Shown here: positions 17,388 to 27,823 of the stretch, in pieces
How positions within the stretch are numbered: the first letter of the stretch is position 1
How the letters are laid out: every line of letters begins with the position of its first letter
Origin: an uncultured delta proteobacterium
GTDB taxonomy: Bacteria > Desulfobacterota > Desulfuromonadia > Geobacterales > Pseudopelobacteraceae
Assembly (NCBI GenBank): GCA_963772835.1
Contig: CAVYYZ010000011.1
Location: 224,001 to 288,000, forward strand
Direction of reading: 5' to 3'
Length of the DNA stretch: 64,000 bases
Notes under the pieces: model-generated
The model's input: the letters and a program-made list of their open reading frames with translations, nothing else
What the model was told of the DNA's origin: nothing
Database searches by the model: none
Translations under genes and position numbers: made by a program

Positions 17388-19808
17388 TTGTACTCCATGC
17401 TACGTCGCTGGCCGTTCCTGATCCCATTTGTATTCATGACGGCAGGAATGGCCCTGACTGCATGCTGGGGCTTTACTTCTGATATTACCTCCGTTGCAGC
17501 AGTCTTCTTATGTCTGGTGCTTGCATGTTTTCTGCCGTACCAGTGGGTTTTTTCTGTCTGTTCCGCCCTTTTTTTCTTCTTCTGGGGCCTGTGTGCCCTC
17601 CTTCCATGGTTATCTTATGACCTATCTCCCACTTCTATTCGGGCTAAGGGACATGTCACCCCAATAACAATTGAAGGTGTTATTTCAACACGTCCTACCG
17701 TCGCTCCCGAAGGAAGTCGACTGACTGTTCAGGTAGAACGGATAATCCGCGGAAATCGTCAGGAAACGGTATCCGGTTTACTGCTGCTGTATGTCAGTGA
17801 AGATGATGTAACGTTGGCTCGCGGTGACAGAATCCGCTTTGTTTCACGTATCTCTGTGCCGCGTAGACTCGGACTCCCTGGTGAATTCAATTACCCACGG
17901 TACCTTGCGTTACAAGGTATAACCGCTACCGCCCGTGTTGTATCACAACATGAAATTGTACTTATTCGTGCTGCAGCTGTAGAATCTGTGCAACGCACAA
18001 TTGATCTGACTGCTCGATTTCTGGGTGATGCTATCCGTCGCTCTGTCCCTGATGAACGTGTGTCTTCGATTCTGACAGCGTTACTTGTGGGAGATCAAAG
18101 AAGAATTCCCCGTGACCTGGCAGATGCCTATACGAGAGCGGGGGTCAATCATATCCTTTCAATTTCCGGTTTCCATATCGGTATTATAGCGGCGTTCATA
18201 ACTCTTCTGCTCATATGGTTTCTGACCCGGATTGAATACATCGCACTTCGCTGGAATGTCCGGAGAATTGCAGTATTGATTGCCGTTCCGGTTATGCTGG
18301 CATATCTCTTTCTGACCGGTAATGCACCGGCGACGGCGCGCTCGGTAATTATGCTGACTGTTTTTGCCGTTGCACTGTTCGCCGAGAGGGAACAGGATTC
18401 TGTCAATACACTCCTGCTTGCCGCTTTTTTTCTGGTTGCCGTCAATCCGCCTACCCTTTTTGATGTGTCTTTTCAACTGTCTTTCCTGTCGCTGTGGGGA
18501 ATCCTTATTGCTGTCCCGTTGATCATGAAGTCTGCCGCAACTGTGGACCCTCCCTGGCTGAAGAGCATGATCCAGTTTGTCTCTGTATCAGTTGCCGCAT
18601 CATGCGTAACCCTGCTGCCGGTACTCTATATTTTCAAAGTCGCTTCGCTCAACGGAATTCTGACCAACTTTCTGATTGTGCCGCTACTGGGATATGGTGC
18701 GGTGCTTGCCGGATTCATTGCATTGCCACTGGTGACCCTGTTCCCGGCATGTGCTCCCCTGTTTCTTTGGCCGGCAGCGACTCTGATTGTTATCTCAAAC
18801 CAGTTTATCATGTGGTGCACTTCTCTTCCGATTCTTACCTATCATGGCGTTACCGGTCAGGATTTGTTCTTTTTTCTGCTGTTCATGTTCTGCATGACTT
18901 TCCTCAAGAGCAGGTTTATACGGGTTGTTTCGGGAGTATTGATACCGATCAGCGCCTGTGCTCTTCATCTGTATTCTGCCTCAGTTACGGATGGACGTCT
19001 CCACATTACGATGCTCAGCGTAGGACAGGCGGAATCGTTGCTGGTACGACTGCCGGATGGATCGACTCTGCTTGTGGATGGTGGCGGATACCTCCACGAC
19101 ACAGGCCAGGACTTCGGACAGCGGATTTTGACCCCGGCGTTGGGAGCTCTTCATGTCGGGCGGGTTGACAGGATGATAGCCACACATAATCATCCCGATC
19201 ATAGCGGCGGTCTCCCTTTTGTTATAAAAAACCTCGCCGTTGGAGAGTTCTGGAGCGGGACTGATGTGTCTGCCGAAATACGGAACGAACTGATAAACAA
19301 GGGAGTTCCGTTGCGTACATTAGTTGTCGGAGACGTGATCTCGTTGCCCGGTCCGGTTATATTTACTGTTCTTTCCCCGGCAGAAATAGTACGAACGGCT
19401 GCTGATAGTGACGAGTCGAGCGTAAATGAACAGTCGCTTGTGTTTCGTCTCAGTTATGGCAGTTTCAGCATGATATTCTGTGCAGATGCCGGTTTTGAGG
19501 CTGAACAGCGAATGCTTGCCGGTCGGCATGATCTGAGATCGACGGTACTTAAAGTTGGACATCATGGAAGTCGCTACTCGACATCAGCAGAATTTCTTGA
19601 ACGGGTACACCCGAAAATGGCACTCATTTCTGCCGGCGCCGGAAACCGGTTTGGCCTCCCGTCGTTTCATACTGTTGATCTGCTGAGGTCAAAAGGGATT
19701 CCGCTGTATCGTACGGATCGTGACGGAACGATCCTGCTTGTTACGGATGGCGACAGTTGGTCTGTTACAACTCCCTATAACCCGAATGACGTTGACTACA
19801 TACACTGA
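17388..19808 (+). CDS. comEC: DNA internalization competence protein ComEC/Rec2
   Basis: OB/DUF4131 region, HILSISGFH competence domain, SFQLSF, MBL domain (VGQAES, THNHPDHSGG, LKVGHHGS, YRTDRDG). Start 17388 (TTG) or 17397 (ATG). Confidence 0.93.
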   Translation: MYSMLRRWPFLIPFVFMTAGMALTACWGFTSDITSVAAVFLCLVLACFLPYQWVFSVCSALFFFFWGLCALLPWLSYDLSPTSIRAKGHVTPITIEGVISTRPTVAPEGSRLTVQVERIIRGNRQETVSGLLLLYVSEDDVTLARGDRIRFVSRISVPRRLGLPGEFNYPRYLALQGITATARVVSQHEIVLIRAAAVESVQRTIDLTARFLGDAIRRSVPDERVSSILTALLVGDQRRIPRDLADAYTRAGVNHILSISGFHIGIIAAFITLLLIWFLTRIEYIALRWNVRRIAVLIAVPVMLAYLFLTGNAPATARSVIMLTVFAVALFAEREQDSVNTLLLAAFFLVAVNPPTLFDVSFQLSFLSLWGILIAVPLIMKSAATVDPPWLKSMIQFVSVSVAASCVTLLPVLYIFKVASLNGILTNFLIVPLLGYGAVLAGFIALPLVTLFPACAPLFLWPAATLIVISNQFIMWCTSLPILTYHGVTGQDLFFFLLFMFCMTFLKSRFIRVVSGVLIPISACALHLYSASVTDGRLHITMLSVGQAESLLVRLPDGSTLLVDGGGYLHDTGQDFGQRILTPALGALHVGRVDRMIATHNHPDHSGGLPFVIKNLAVGEFWSGTDVSAEIRNELINKGVPLRTLVVGDVISLPGPVIFTVLSPAEIVRTAADSDESSVNEQSLVFRLSYGSFSMIFCADAGFEAEQRMLAGRHDLRSTVLKVGHHGSRYSTSAEFLERVHPKMALISAGAGNRFGLPSFHTVDLLRSKGIPLYRTDRDGTILLVTDGDSWSVTTPYNPNDVDYIH

Positions 19809-19865
19809 AATAGAGTACATGTACTAAGGTAACTCAATGATATTTCCTATATCGGGCGACGTCAA

Positions 19866-21224
19866 ATGGATATAATCCTATTAGTGGAAGATGACCGGTT
19901 TTTTCGTGAAATGTTCTCCAATCTGTTACAAGCTGAAGGGTATCAGGTCGAGACAGCTTCATGCGGGAGAGATGGTCTTGAAATGCTCGCTAATGGGCAG
20001 TATTCATTGGTCATTACCGATCTGGTCATGCCTGATATCAGTGGACTTGAGATCTTGTCGCGAGTTCGTGAAACCCATCCGACGGTGGATGTCATCATGG
20101 TTACCGGTAATGCGAATCTTGAGTCTGCAATTGTTGCTCTCAAGCTTGGTGCCCGTGATTATCTCGTAAAACCGGTTAATCCTGATGAATTCAAGCATTC
20201 CGTTGCCAAGTGTATCCAGCAGCGTCATCTCCTTGATGAAAATGAAGAGCTTAAAAACATGTTGTCACTGTTTCGGGCCATCCAGGCCATCTCCGGCTGC
20301 CTGGACGTTGAACATCTCTATCACTTGCTGGTTGAGGCGGTCGCGCGGGAAGTGGGGCTCATCCGCACTATCGGATTATTTATGGTAGAGGGCGCTCTGG
20401 AAATTAAGGCAGCCAAAGGAATTACTCCTGCTCTCTGTGCGTCCCTGACAGAAGAAATTAAAACACGCCTCATCTCATCGCCTAACACTGATCTTTCCGT
20501 CGAGCACCTGTCTCTTTCAGCAAAGTACAGCTCTGAAGGCTTCTCGGAAGCCTTATTAATTCCGTTTTACCGCAATTCAGTGCCGTTCGGTATGATTGTG
20601 CTTCTGAATAACGTTTCCTGCCCGCTTCCTGATGTCGGGAAAAACAAGAAGAATATTCTGTTTTTGATCGAACAGTCTTTGCGTGCTTTTACGAATGCTG
20701 AAACATTTTCCAAGGCGAATGATCTGCTGTTTATAGATGATATAAGCGGTCTGTATAATCATCGCTATCTAGAAATTGCCCTTGAACGTGAAATGAGGCG
20801 CGTAGAGCGGTATGCTTCGCATTTGGCGGTTCTTTTTATCGACGTTGATTCATTCAAGAATGTAAACGATATTCATGGACACATGGTCGGCAGCCGGGTG
20901 CTTGCAGAATTCGGAGCTTTGATCAAAAAAACAGTGAGAGATGTGGATATCGTTATCCGTTACGGCGGAGATGAATATACCGCCATACTTGTTGAGACGG
21001 CTTGTGAAACTGCTGAGATGGTTGCCGAGCGAGTCCGCCGGCAGGTTGAGTCCCACCCTTTTATGGGGGGAGAGGGGCAGATCATCCGTTTGACCTGCAG
21101 TATCGGGTACGCCTGTTGTCCTGATGATACAGCATCAAAGGATGTACTGCTTGAAATGGCTGACAGGGCAATGTATGCCGGTAAAACATCCGGAAAAAAC
21201 TGCGTACGGCGCGTAGTCTCCTGA
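19866..21224 (+). CDS. gacA: Receiver-domain Hypr GGDEF dinucleotide cyclase, probable 3',3'-cGAMP synthase
   Basis: REC domain (LVEDD, TDLVMP, KP). GGDEY active site, RDVD I-site. GHMVGS has Ser343 in place of the canonical Asp. Lies between comEC and hisS. Confidence 0.85.
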   Translation: MDIILLVEDDRFFREMFSNLLQAEGYQVETASCGRDGLEMLANGQYSLVITDLVMPDISGLEILSRVRETHPTVDVIMVTGNANLESAIVALKLGARDYLVKPVNPDEFKHSVAKCIQQRHLLDENEELKNMLSLFRAIQAISGCLDVEHLYHLLVEAVAREVGLIRTIGLFMVEGALEIKAAKGITPALCASLTEEIKTRLISSPNTDLSVEHLSLSAKYSSEGFSEALLIPFYRNSVPFGMIVLLNNVSCPLPDVGKNKKNILFLIEQSLRAFTNAETFSKANDLLFIDDISGLYNHRYLEIALEREMRRVERYASHLAVLFIDVDSFKNVNDIHGHMVGSRVLAEFGALIKKTVRDVDIVIRYGGDEYTAILVETACETAEMVAERVRRQVESHPFMGGEGQIIRLTCSIGYACCPDDTASKDVLLEMADRAMYAGKTSGKNCVRRVVS

Positions 21225-21311
21225 TCGATTCAAAATAAGTACGAGTCCGGGCCTGTTATTATGCCGTGCAGTCCGGACTTTTTACGTTGTATCTATTTTA
21301 TGAGGTGATCT

Positions 21312-22567
21312 GTGGCACTTACAGCGGTTAAAGGTTTTAATGATATTCTGCCGGTTGAATCCGGCCGCTGGCAGTATATTGAACAGACTGCCCGCCGGGT
21401 TTTTGAGCTGAATGGTTTTGGTGAAATCAGGGTTCCGGTGCTTGAAAAAACCGAACTTTTCTGTCGCTCCATCGGCGATGCCACTGATATCGTGGAAAAA
21501 GAGATGTATTCTTTTACTGACAAGGGTGAAAACAGCGTCACACTCCGTCCGGAAGGGACCGCCGGAGTTATGCGCGCGTTCATCGAACATAAGCTGTATG
21601 CACAGGACCCGGTTGCAAAATTATATTATCTGGGTCCTATGTTCCGCTATGAGCGTCCCCAAAAAGGTCGCTACCGGCAGTTCCATCAGATCGGCGCCGA
21701 AATTACCGGCGTTCACGATCCGCTGGCAGATGCTCAGGTTTTGAATATGCTGACGTCTTTTTTTCGCGAAATCGGATTGACTGAGCCGGCTCTGCAGATA
21801 AATTCACTCGGTTGTCCGGAATGCCGTCCTGCCTACCGCTCGGCGTTGCGAAGCTTTCTGGAAGAGCGGTCGGGTCAGCTCTGCGACGATTGCATACGGC
21901 GTTGTGCCACTAATCCGCTCCGTGCTTTGGACTGCAAGGTTCCAGGATGTATGGCGGCAACTGTCGGGGCTCCTTCAGTACTGGATCATCTCTGTAGCAA
22001 TTGTGACGAACATTTCAGCAGCGTCCGGCGTTATCTTGACCTTTCGTCCACCCCGTACAGCATCAATTGTCGTATGGTGCGGGGTCTTGACTATTATACC
22101 CGCACGACCTTCGAAATGGTTACCGGCCTGCTTGGTTCTCAATCTGCTGTTGCGGCCGGAGGCCGCTATGATGGGCTGATCACGGAGTTGGGAGGTCCTG
22201 ACATACCCGGAATCGGCTTTGCGATGGGTCTTGAAAGGGTTGCACTGCTGCTTGGAAACCAGGAGTTTTCCTCTCACCCTGATCTGTTCATCGCAACCAT
22301 GGGGGAGGGGAGCGTGACACCGCATTCTGCCTGATGGATGGTCTGTTGAAGTCCGGTGTTCGCGTCGAGATGGATTACGAAGGGAAAAGTCTAAAGAGTC
22401 AGATGCGACGGGCTGATAAGATCAAGGCACGCTACAGTGTTGTAATCGGTGAAAATGAGGCGGCGTCTGGACGAGCCGTCTTCAAGCGGATGGCAGATGG
22501 ATTTCAGGTTGAAGAGGCGCTGTCTGTCGCCGGTATCCAGTCGCTTGTCAGGAAACCGTTACAGTGA
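21312..22567 (+). CDS. hisS: Histidyl-tRNA synthetase with a single-base frameshift at ~22307-22310 (probably an assembly error)
   Basis: [43 protein letters not shown] in 21312-22334. The anticodon-binding domain ([12 protein letters not shown]...VVIGENE) continues in another frame to 22567. Confidence 0.92.
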
Positions 22568-23595
22568 CGGACTCCCGCACTATTCGCACAATCACCCCTG
22601 AAAAACGGGATGATGACTCCCAGTATGACGCTACGCTGCGCCCTCGTTCCTTTGATGACTACATTGGTCAGGAAAAGATTAAGAACAATCTTCGCCTGTT
22701 TATTGATGCCGCCAAGGGGAGGGGTGAAGCGCTTGATCATGTTCTGTTGTATGGCCCGCCAGGACTTGGCAAAACGACGCTGGCCAACATCATTGCCTGT
22801 GAGATGGGAGTCAACATCAAGTCCACTTCAGGGCCGGTTATTGAACGACCGGGTGATCTGGCGGCCATTCTCACTAATCTTGAACCGCATGACGTCCTCT
22901 TTATCGATGAAATTCACCGGATCTCCCATATAGTTGAAGAAATCCTGTATCCGGCGATGGAGGATTATCAACTCGATATCATCATCGGCCAGGGGCCGAG
23001 CGCCCGTTCTATCAAACTGGATCTTCCCCGTTTTACACTCGTGGGTGCCACCACCCGGGCCGGACTCCTTTCTTCACCGCTGCGTGATCGGTTTGGTGTT
23101 ATTTCCCGACTTGAATTTTACACATATGACGAACTGTCCACAATTATCTGCCGCTCGTCCGGTATTCTGGGGATGGAAATCGATCCTCACGGAGCCTCGG
23201 AGCTTGCCCGACGCAGTCGGGGTACTCCCCGGATTGCAAACCGACTGCTTCGCCGTGTGCGCGACTATGCCCAGGTGCGGGCCGATGGAGTCATCACTCT
23301 CGATGTTGTGCGCAAAACACTGAAGCTGCTTGAAATAGACGAATTGGGTTTTGACCAGATGGATCGCATGATCCTGCTCACAATTATTGATAAATTCGGA
23401 GGCGGGCCGGTAGGTCTGGACACCATTGCTGCTGCTATCAGTGAAGAGAGTGATACTATAGAGGATGTCTACGAACCGTTCCTTATCCAGAACGGATTTA
23501 TCAACCGTACCCCGCGAGGCAGAGTGGCTACCCGTGCCGCCTACCTGCATTTCGGCCGGATCGCTCCGGAATCCTCCCAGGCGAACCTGTTTTAG
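22564..23595 (+). CDS. ruvB: Holliday junction branch migration helicase RuvB
   Basis: [63 protein letters not shown]. Confidence 0.96.
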   Translation: MTDSRTIRTITPEKRDDDSQYDATLRPRSFDDYIGQEKIKNNLRLFIDAAKGRGEALDHVLLYGPPGLGKTTLANIIACEMGVNIKSTSGPVIERPGDLAAILTNLEPHDVLFIDEIHRISHIVEEILYPAMEDYQLDIIIGQGPSARSIKLDLPRFTLVGATTRAGLLSSPLRDRFGVISRLEFYTYDELSTIICRSSGILGMEIDPHGASELARRSRGTPRIANRLLRRVRDYAQVRADGVITLDVVRKTLKLLEIDELGFDQMDRMILLTIIDKFGGGPVGLDTIAAAISEESDTIEDVYEPFLIQNGFINRTPRGRVATRAAYLHFGRIAPESSQANLF

Positions 23596-23596
23596 C

Positions 23597-24295
23597 ATGC
23601 AGCAGTTTTTTGATTTTCCAGTTGTCCCGAGTTTCAGTTTTGACACCTTTATCCCCTGTGAGGGAAACTCTGCTGCACTGCGGTTTGCACTGAGGATTGC
23701 CGATTCTTCTGATCCCGAGTGCCTGCTGTATCTTTACGGACCTTCCGGTTCCGGCAAGACCCATCTACTCCGTTCCATTGCCGGCAGCAATTTTCCCTAC
23801 CTTTCTCTATCCGAGGCGATTACCCCTGAACGTCTCGTCTCGACATTCAGCACTGCCGCCGGATTAGTGGTGGATGACCTACAGAATATGCCGGATGATC
23901 CTGACCTGCGCAGGGCGTTGTGGCAGCTTTTCAATGATTTTCACACATCAGGCCGCACGATAGCCATGGCGGGAGCACCGCCGCCTCGCGAGTTGACCAC
24001 AATGGATGAGCATCTGACTTCACGGCTGTTGTGGGGGCTTGTCGCACGCCTCGACACGTCGGATGACAACTCGCGGAGAATGATTATCAAAAAGGTGGCT
24101 GATGACCACCAAATCAGAATACCCGATGAAGTGATAGACTATGTCCTGACTACAACCAGCCGTGAGGTCGGTGAATTAATTGCCGGTTTTCACCGTCTGT
24201 ATCGCTTCTCGATGGCCGAAAAACGGCGGATCACACTGCCGCTTGCCCGGGAAGTGCGTGAAATGACTTTGACGGAAACACACAGGGAGAACTGA
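23597..24295 (+). CDS. DnaA/Hda-family AAA+ protein
   Basis: N-terminal QQFFDF clamp-binding-like motif, FDTFI...N, LYLYGPSGSGKTHLL, VDDLQ, LTSRLLWGLV. Start ATG 23597. Confidence 0.85.
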   Translation: MQQFFDFPVVPSFSFDTFIPCEGNSAALRFALRIADSSDPECLLYLYGPSGSGKTHLLRSIAGSNFPYLSLSEAITPERLVSTFSTAAGLVVDDLQNMPDDPDLRRALWQLFNDFHTSGRTIAMAGAPPPRELTTMDEHLTSRLLWGLVARLDTSDDNSRRMIIKKVADDHQIRIPDEVIDYVLTTTSREVGELIAGFHRLYRFSMAEKRRITLPLAREVREMTLTETHREN

Positions 24296-25134
24296 TGCTT
24301 CAGGTCGGAAACTATAATCTGCTTACAATTGTCCGCATCACCGCATCCGGAGCTGTCTTCACGTCTGCCGAAGGAGAGGTGCTGCTTCCGTTGCGCCTCC
24401 TCCCGAAAGATGCAGAGGCGGGTTCGCAATTGAATGTTTTTGTTTATATTGATTCTGACGGGCGTTTGACTGCCACGACCAAAAGAGCGCGTGCTGTTGT
24501 GGGTGAATTTGCGCTCCTGAAGGTTGTGGAGGCGACAACGGTCGGAGCCTTTCTAGACTGGGGTCTGGAAAAAGACCTGCTCCTGCCGTTCGGTGAGCAG
24601 ATGGAACCGGTCAGGAGAGGGAACCAGGTTCCGGTTCATATTTTTTTGCATAGTAGCGGACGGATTGCGGCGTCGGCAAAACTTGATAAATTCATCACTC
24701 CGGTGGATGACAGCGTTTCGGAGGGCGATGAAGTTGAATTGCTGGTCTATGCCTTCACTGAACTTGGTGCCAAGGTTATTATCAATAACCGCTTCGGCGG
24801 ACTGATATTTCATACGGAGATGGCTGCCAAACCGCTCTGTGGTGAGCGTCTGCGCGGCTTCGTCAAAAAAATCAGGGATGATGGCAAGGTAGATGTCACA
24901 CTGCGCAAGGGGGGTGCCACAGAGGCTGCAGAAGATCGCGGCAAAGTTCTGGATGCTCTGGCAGCCCACGACGGCTTTCTCCCTTTGACGGATAAAAGCT
25001 CTCCTGAAGCGATTGCATCACTCCTTCGCTTGAGCAAAAAGAGCTTCAAAAAAGCGCTCGGCGGATTGTACAAAGAGGGAGCTGTAAACATAGCCGCTGA
25101 TGGAATAAGACTGCGCAGCGTACAAACGACATAA
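24295..25134 (+). CDS. CvfB/YitL-family S1-domain RNA-binding protein
   Basis: GAFLDWGLEKDLLLP, GFVKKIRDDGKVDVTL, DKSSPEAI...SKKSFKKALGGLYK winged helix. Confidence 0.88.
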   Translation: MLQVGNYNLLTIVRITASGAVFTSAEGEVLLPLRLLPKDAEAGSQLNVFVYIDSDGRLTATTKRARAVVGEFALLKVVEATTVGAFLDWGLEKDLLLPFGEQMEPVRRGNQVPVHIFLHSSGRIAASAKLDKFITPVDDSVSEGDEVELLVYAFTELGAKVIINNRFGGLIFHTEMAAKPLCGERLRGFVKKIRDDGKVDVTLRKGGATEAAEDRGKVLDALAAHDGFLPLTDKSSPEAIASLLRLSKKSFKKALGGLYKEGAVNIAADGIRLRSVQTT

Positions 25135-25138
25135 CATA

Positions 25139-25153
25139 AGACAATTATTATCA
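25139..25153. promoter_or_regulatory. Fur-family (Fur/Zur) 7-1-7 box upstream of the metal ABC operon
   Basis: AGACAAT-T-ATTATCA matches TGATAAT-N-ATTATCA at 12 of 14 positions. Confidence 0.5.
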
Positions 25154-25277
25154 CGCGACGTTTCACCGGAGAAACGCTGTAACATCATGAAATTATTTTG
25201 AGTAAAGAACATTCATCGCGTTGTTGCGTGAAATATGCTTTCAGTCTGTCCTGTTTACGGAACGTGAAGGAAATAAT

Positions 25278-26240
25278 GTGAAAATTCGGATTTCTATAGT
25301 AGTCGTGGTGGTGTCATGTTGCGCTCTCGTACTCATCACCGGCTGTAAAAAGGCTGGTGAGAAGCCTGTTGCCGGCTTGCAGGTGGTCACCACCCTGTTT
25401 CCTCTGTATGACTTTGCCCGTTCGATTGCCGGCGACAGGGCACAGGTCACCATGCTGCTCCCCCCCGGTGTAGAGCCGCACACCTTTGAACCGAAGCCGG
25501 AGGACATGATCAGGATAAGCCGAGCCGGGCTGTTTATCTACACCAGCAGATACATGGAGCCGTGGGCGGAAAAAATCATCACCGGTATTGATAGCAGGAC
25601 TCTCCGCGTTGTTAACGCCGGAGAGAGAGTCAGCTATCGGGCAGTCGTGAGAGAAGATATACATGGTAACAGCCGGAAAGAGCACGGCAGGCATGGCCAT
25701 GATGAAGAAGGAATGGATCCGCATATCTGGCTTGATTTTGACAACGCAGCACGTATAGTTGATGTAATTCTTGACGGATTTATCGCCGCAGATCCTCGCA
25801 ATGCTGACCTGTACCGTCAAAATGCGGAAGCATTGAAAACCAGACTGTCTGCACTCGATCGGCGCTACCGGGACAGCCTTTCAACCTGCTCGACCAAGAT
25901 ACTACTGCATGGCGGCCATTATACATTTGGCTATCTTGCGGGCCGTTACGGCCTTGAGTATCACGCTCTCAGCGGCGTTTCCTCAGATTCCGAGCCCTCT
26001 GCAGAGCGAATGGTTGCACTTGTAAAAGAAATCAGGTCCTCCGGCGCCAGATACCTGTTTGCTGAAGAGCTGCTGTCGCCACGTCTAACCGAAGCGCTTG
26101 CACAGGAGGCGGGGGTAGGGGTGCTGATGCTTCACGGAGCTCATAACCTGTCACGGGATGACCTGTCACGGAATGTTACCTTTTTTGATCTGATGGATCG
26201 TAATTTGGCACAGCTGCAGAAAGGGCTTTTATGCCGGTAA
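25278..26240 (+). CDS. znuA: Zn/Mn ABC transporter substrate-binding lipoprotein
   Basis: Lipobox ITGC, PPGVEPHTFEP, His-rich loop, MDPHIWL. Start GTG 25278. Confidence 0.85.
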   Translation: MKIRISIVVVVVSCCALVLITGCKKAGEKPVAGLQVVTTLFPLYDFARSIAGDRAQVTMLLPPGVEPHTFEPKPEDMIRISRAGLFIYTSRYMEPWAEKIITGIDSRTLRVVNAGERVSYRAVVREDIHGNSRKEHGRHGHDEEGMDPHIWLDFDNAARIVDVILDGFIAADPRNADLYRQNAEALKTRLSALDRRYRDSLSTCSTKILLHGGHYTFGYLAGRYGLEYHALSGVSSDSEPSAERMVALVKEIRSSGARYLFAEELLSPRLTEALAQEAGVGVLMLHGAHNLSRDDLSRNVTFFDLMDRNLAQLQKGLLCR

Positions 26241-26983
26241 AAATAGTCTCATCTGAACTGCTTTCGTGCAGCTACCGCGAGGGGAGGGTGCTTGAAGATG
26301 TGTCCTTTCAGGTCGAGCGCGGTGATTATGTCGGTATCGTCGGTCCAAATGGTTCCGGCAAGAGTACGCTGATCAAGGCGCTGCTCGGCCTGGTGACGAT
26401 CAGCGCCGGTTCTGCAGCTCTCTTCGGCATCCCTCTGGCCGATTTTCGCAGCTGGCACAAAGTCGGCTATCTGCCTCAAAGCCTCCATCTGGTTAACCCT
26501 GTGTTTCCTGCGACAGTGCGTGAAACGGTCGGACTTGGTCTGTTAAGTCTTAAGCGTTTTCCAAAAAGACTGAATCGTGCTGATAACGATAAAATAAGTA
26601 CTATTCTATATGAATTAAGTATTTCAGAGTTAGAACATAAATTAATAGGTGAACTCTCTGGTGGTCAGCTTCAACGTGTTCTGCTTGCTCGTGCCATTGT
26701 AAACGATCCGGAACTGCTTGTCCTGGATGAGCCGACCGCTGCTCTTGACCCGGAAACCAGAGGCCGTTTTTATGCCATGATCGCAGAAATCAACCGTACG
26801 CGGGGGGTTACAATTTTGTTGGTAACCCATGACAGCGGAGCTATCGGTGAACATGCCTCTAAAATGCTTTACCTTGATAAAAAGATGCTTTTCTACGGCA
26901 GTTTTGACGAATTCTGCTGTTCACCGGAGATGTCATCGTTGTTCGGCGAACATTCGCAGCATCTTATGTGCCATCGCCACTGA
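26231..26983 (+). CDS. znuC: Metal ABC transporter ATPase
   Basis: GPNGSGKS, LSGGQLQR, LDEPT, VTHD, His-containing C-terminus. Confidence 0.88.
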   Translation: MPVKIVSSELLSCSYREGRVLEDVSFQVERGDYVGIVGPNGSGKSTLIKALLGLVTISAGSAALFGIPLADFRSWHKVGYLPQSLHLVNPVFPATVRETVGLGLLSLKRFPKRLNRADNDKISTILYELSISELEHKLIGELSGGQLQRVLLARAIVNDPELLVLDEPTAALDPETRGRFYAMIAEINRTRGVTILLVTHDSGAIGEHASKMLYLDKKMLFYGSFDEFCCSPEMSSLFGEHSQHLMCHRH

Positions 26984-26985
26984 CC

Positions 26986-27819
26986 ATGAATTTACTTGAA
27001 ATCCTTACATACGGATTTATTCAAAGAGCCCTGCTCGCCGGCACACTGATCGCGCTGCTCTGTTCGGTGCTGGGGGTTTTTCTCGTGCTGCGGCGATTGT
27101 CGCTGATTGGTGACGGGCTGGCGCATGTCACCTTCGGCAGCACCGCTATCGCCCTGGCGCTTAAGTTCTATTCTGTCATGTCACTTCTTGTGACGATGCC
27201 GATTGTTCTGCTTGCGTCTCTCGGCATACTGAAACTCACTGAAAAAGGGCGGTTAAGCGGTGATGCCGCGATCGGTCTGGTCTCTGCGCTCGGAATTTCA
27301 GCCGGGATCATTCTGGCCAGTGTCGGCGGCGGTTACAATGTTGATCTGCTGAGTTATCTGTTCGGAAATATCCTGTCGATACGGAGTGAAGAGGTCGTGA
27401 TCGCCGCCTTTCTTTGCCTCGGAGTCATGCTTATGCTGACTCTCTATTATCACGAACTTTTCGCCATCTCATTCAGTGATGAACTGGCCAAAGTTTCCGG
27501 GATCCGCACGTCCTTCATAAATTCCATACTTGTTCTGCTGACAGCCCTGTCGGTGGTTCTCGCGATGAAACTGGTCGGCATCATGCTGATTTCGTCACTA
27601 CTGATCGTGCCGGCTGCGGGAGCGCTACAGCTGGCCCGCGGTTTCAAGGTCTGCATAATACTGGCCGCGATCCAGGGATGCAGCTCTGTTATCATCGGCA
27701 TTATTATTTCCATTATGTCAAACCTCCCTGCCAGTGCCTCCATAGTTATGGTGAATCTGCTCTTTTTTGCCTCAGCATGTGCCATTCGCCGGATTATCTA
27801 TCCGGCACACAGTAACTGA
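26986..27819 (+). CDS. znuB: Metal ABC transporter permease
   Basis: LVLRRLSLIGDGLAHV, YLFGNIL, VGIMLISSLLIVP. Confidence 0.88.
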   Translation: MNLLEILTYGFIQRALLAGTLIALLCSVLGVFLVLRRLSLIGDGLAHVTFGSTAIALALKFYSVMSLLVTMPIVLLASLGILKLTEKGRLSGDAAIGLVSALGISAGIILASVGGGYNVDLLSYLFGNILSIRSEEVVIAAFLCLGVMLMLTLYYHELFAISFSDELAKVSGIRTSFINSILVLLTALSVVLAMKLVGIMLISSLLIVPAAGALQLARGFKVCIILAAIQGCSSVIIGIIISIMSNLPASASIVMVNLLFFASACAIRRIIYPAHSN

Positions 27820-27823
27820 CAGC

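Noticed and set aside
21312..22567. hisS as a true pseudogene or programmed frameshift
   Set aside because: Essential gene with a single lesion in a G homopolymer, no other decay and no canonical slippery heptamer. An error is more parsimonious.
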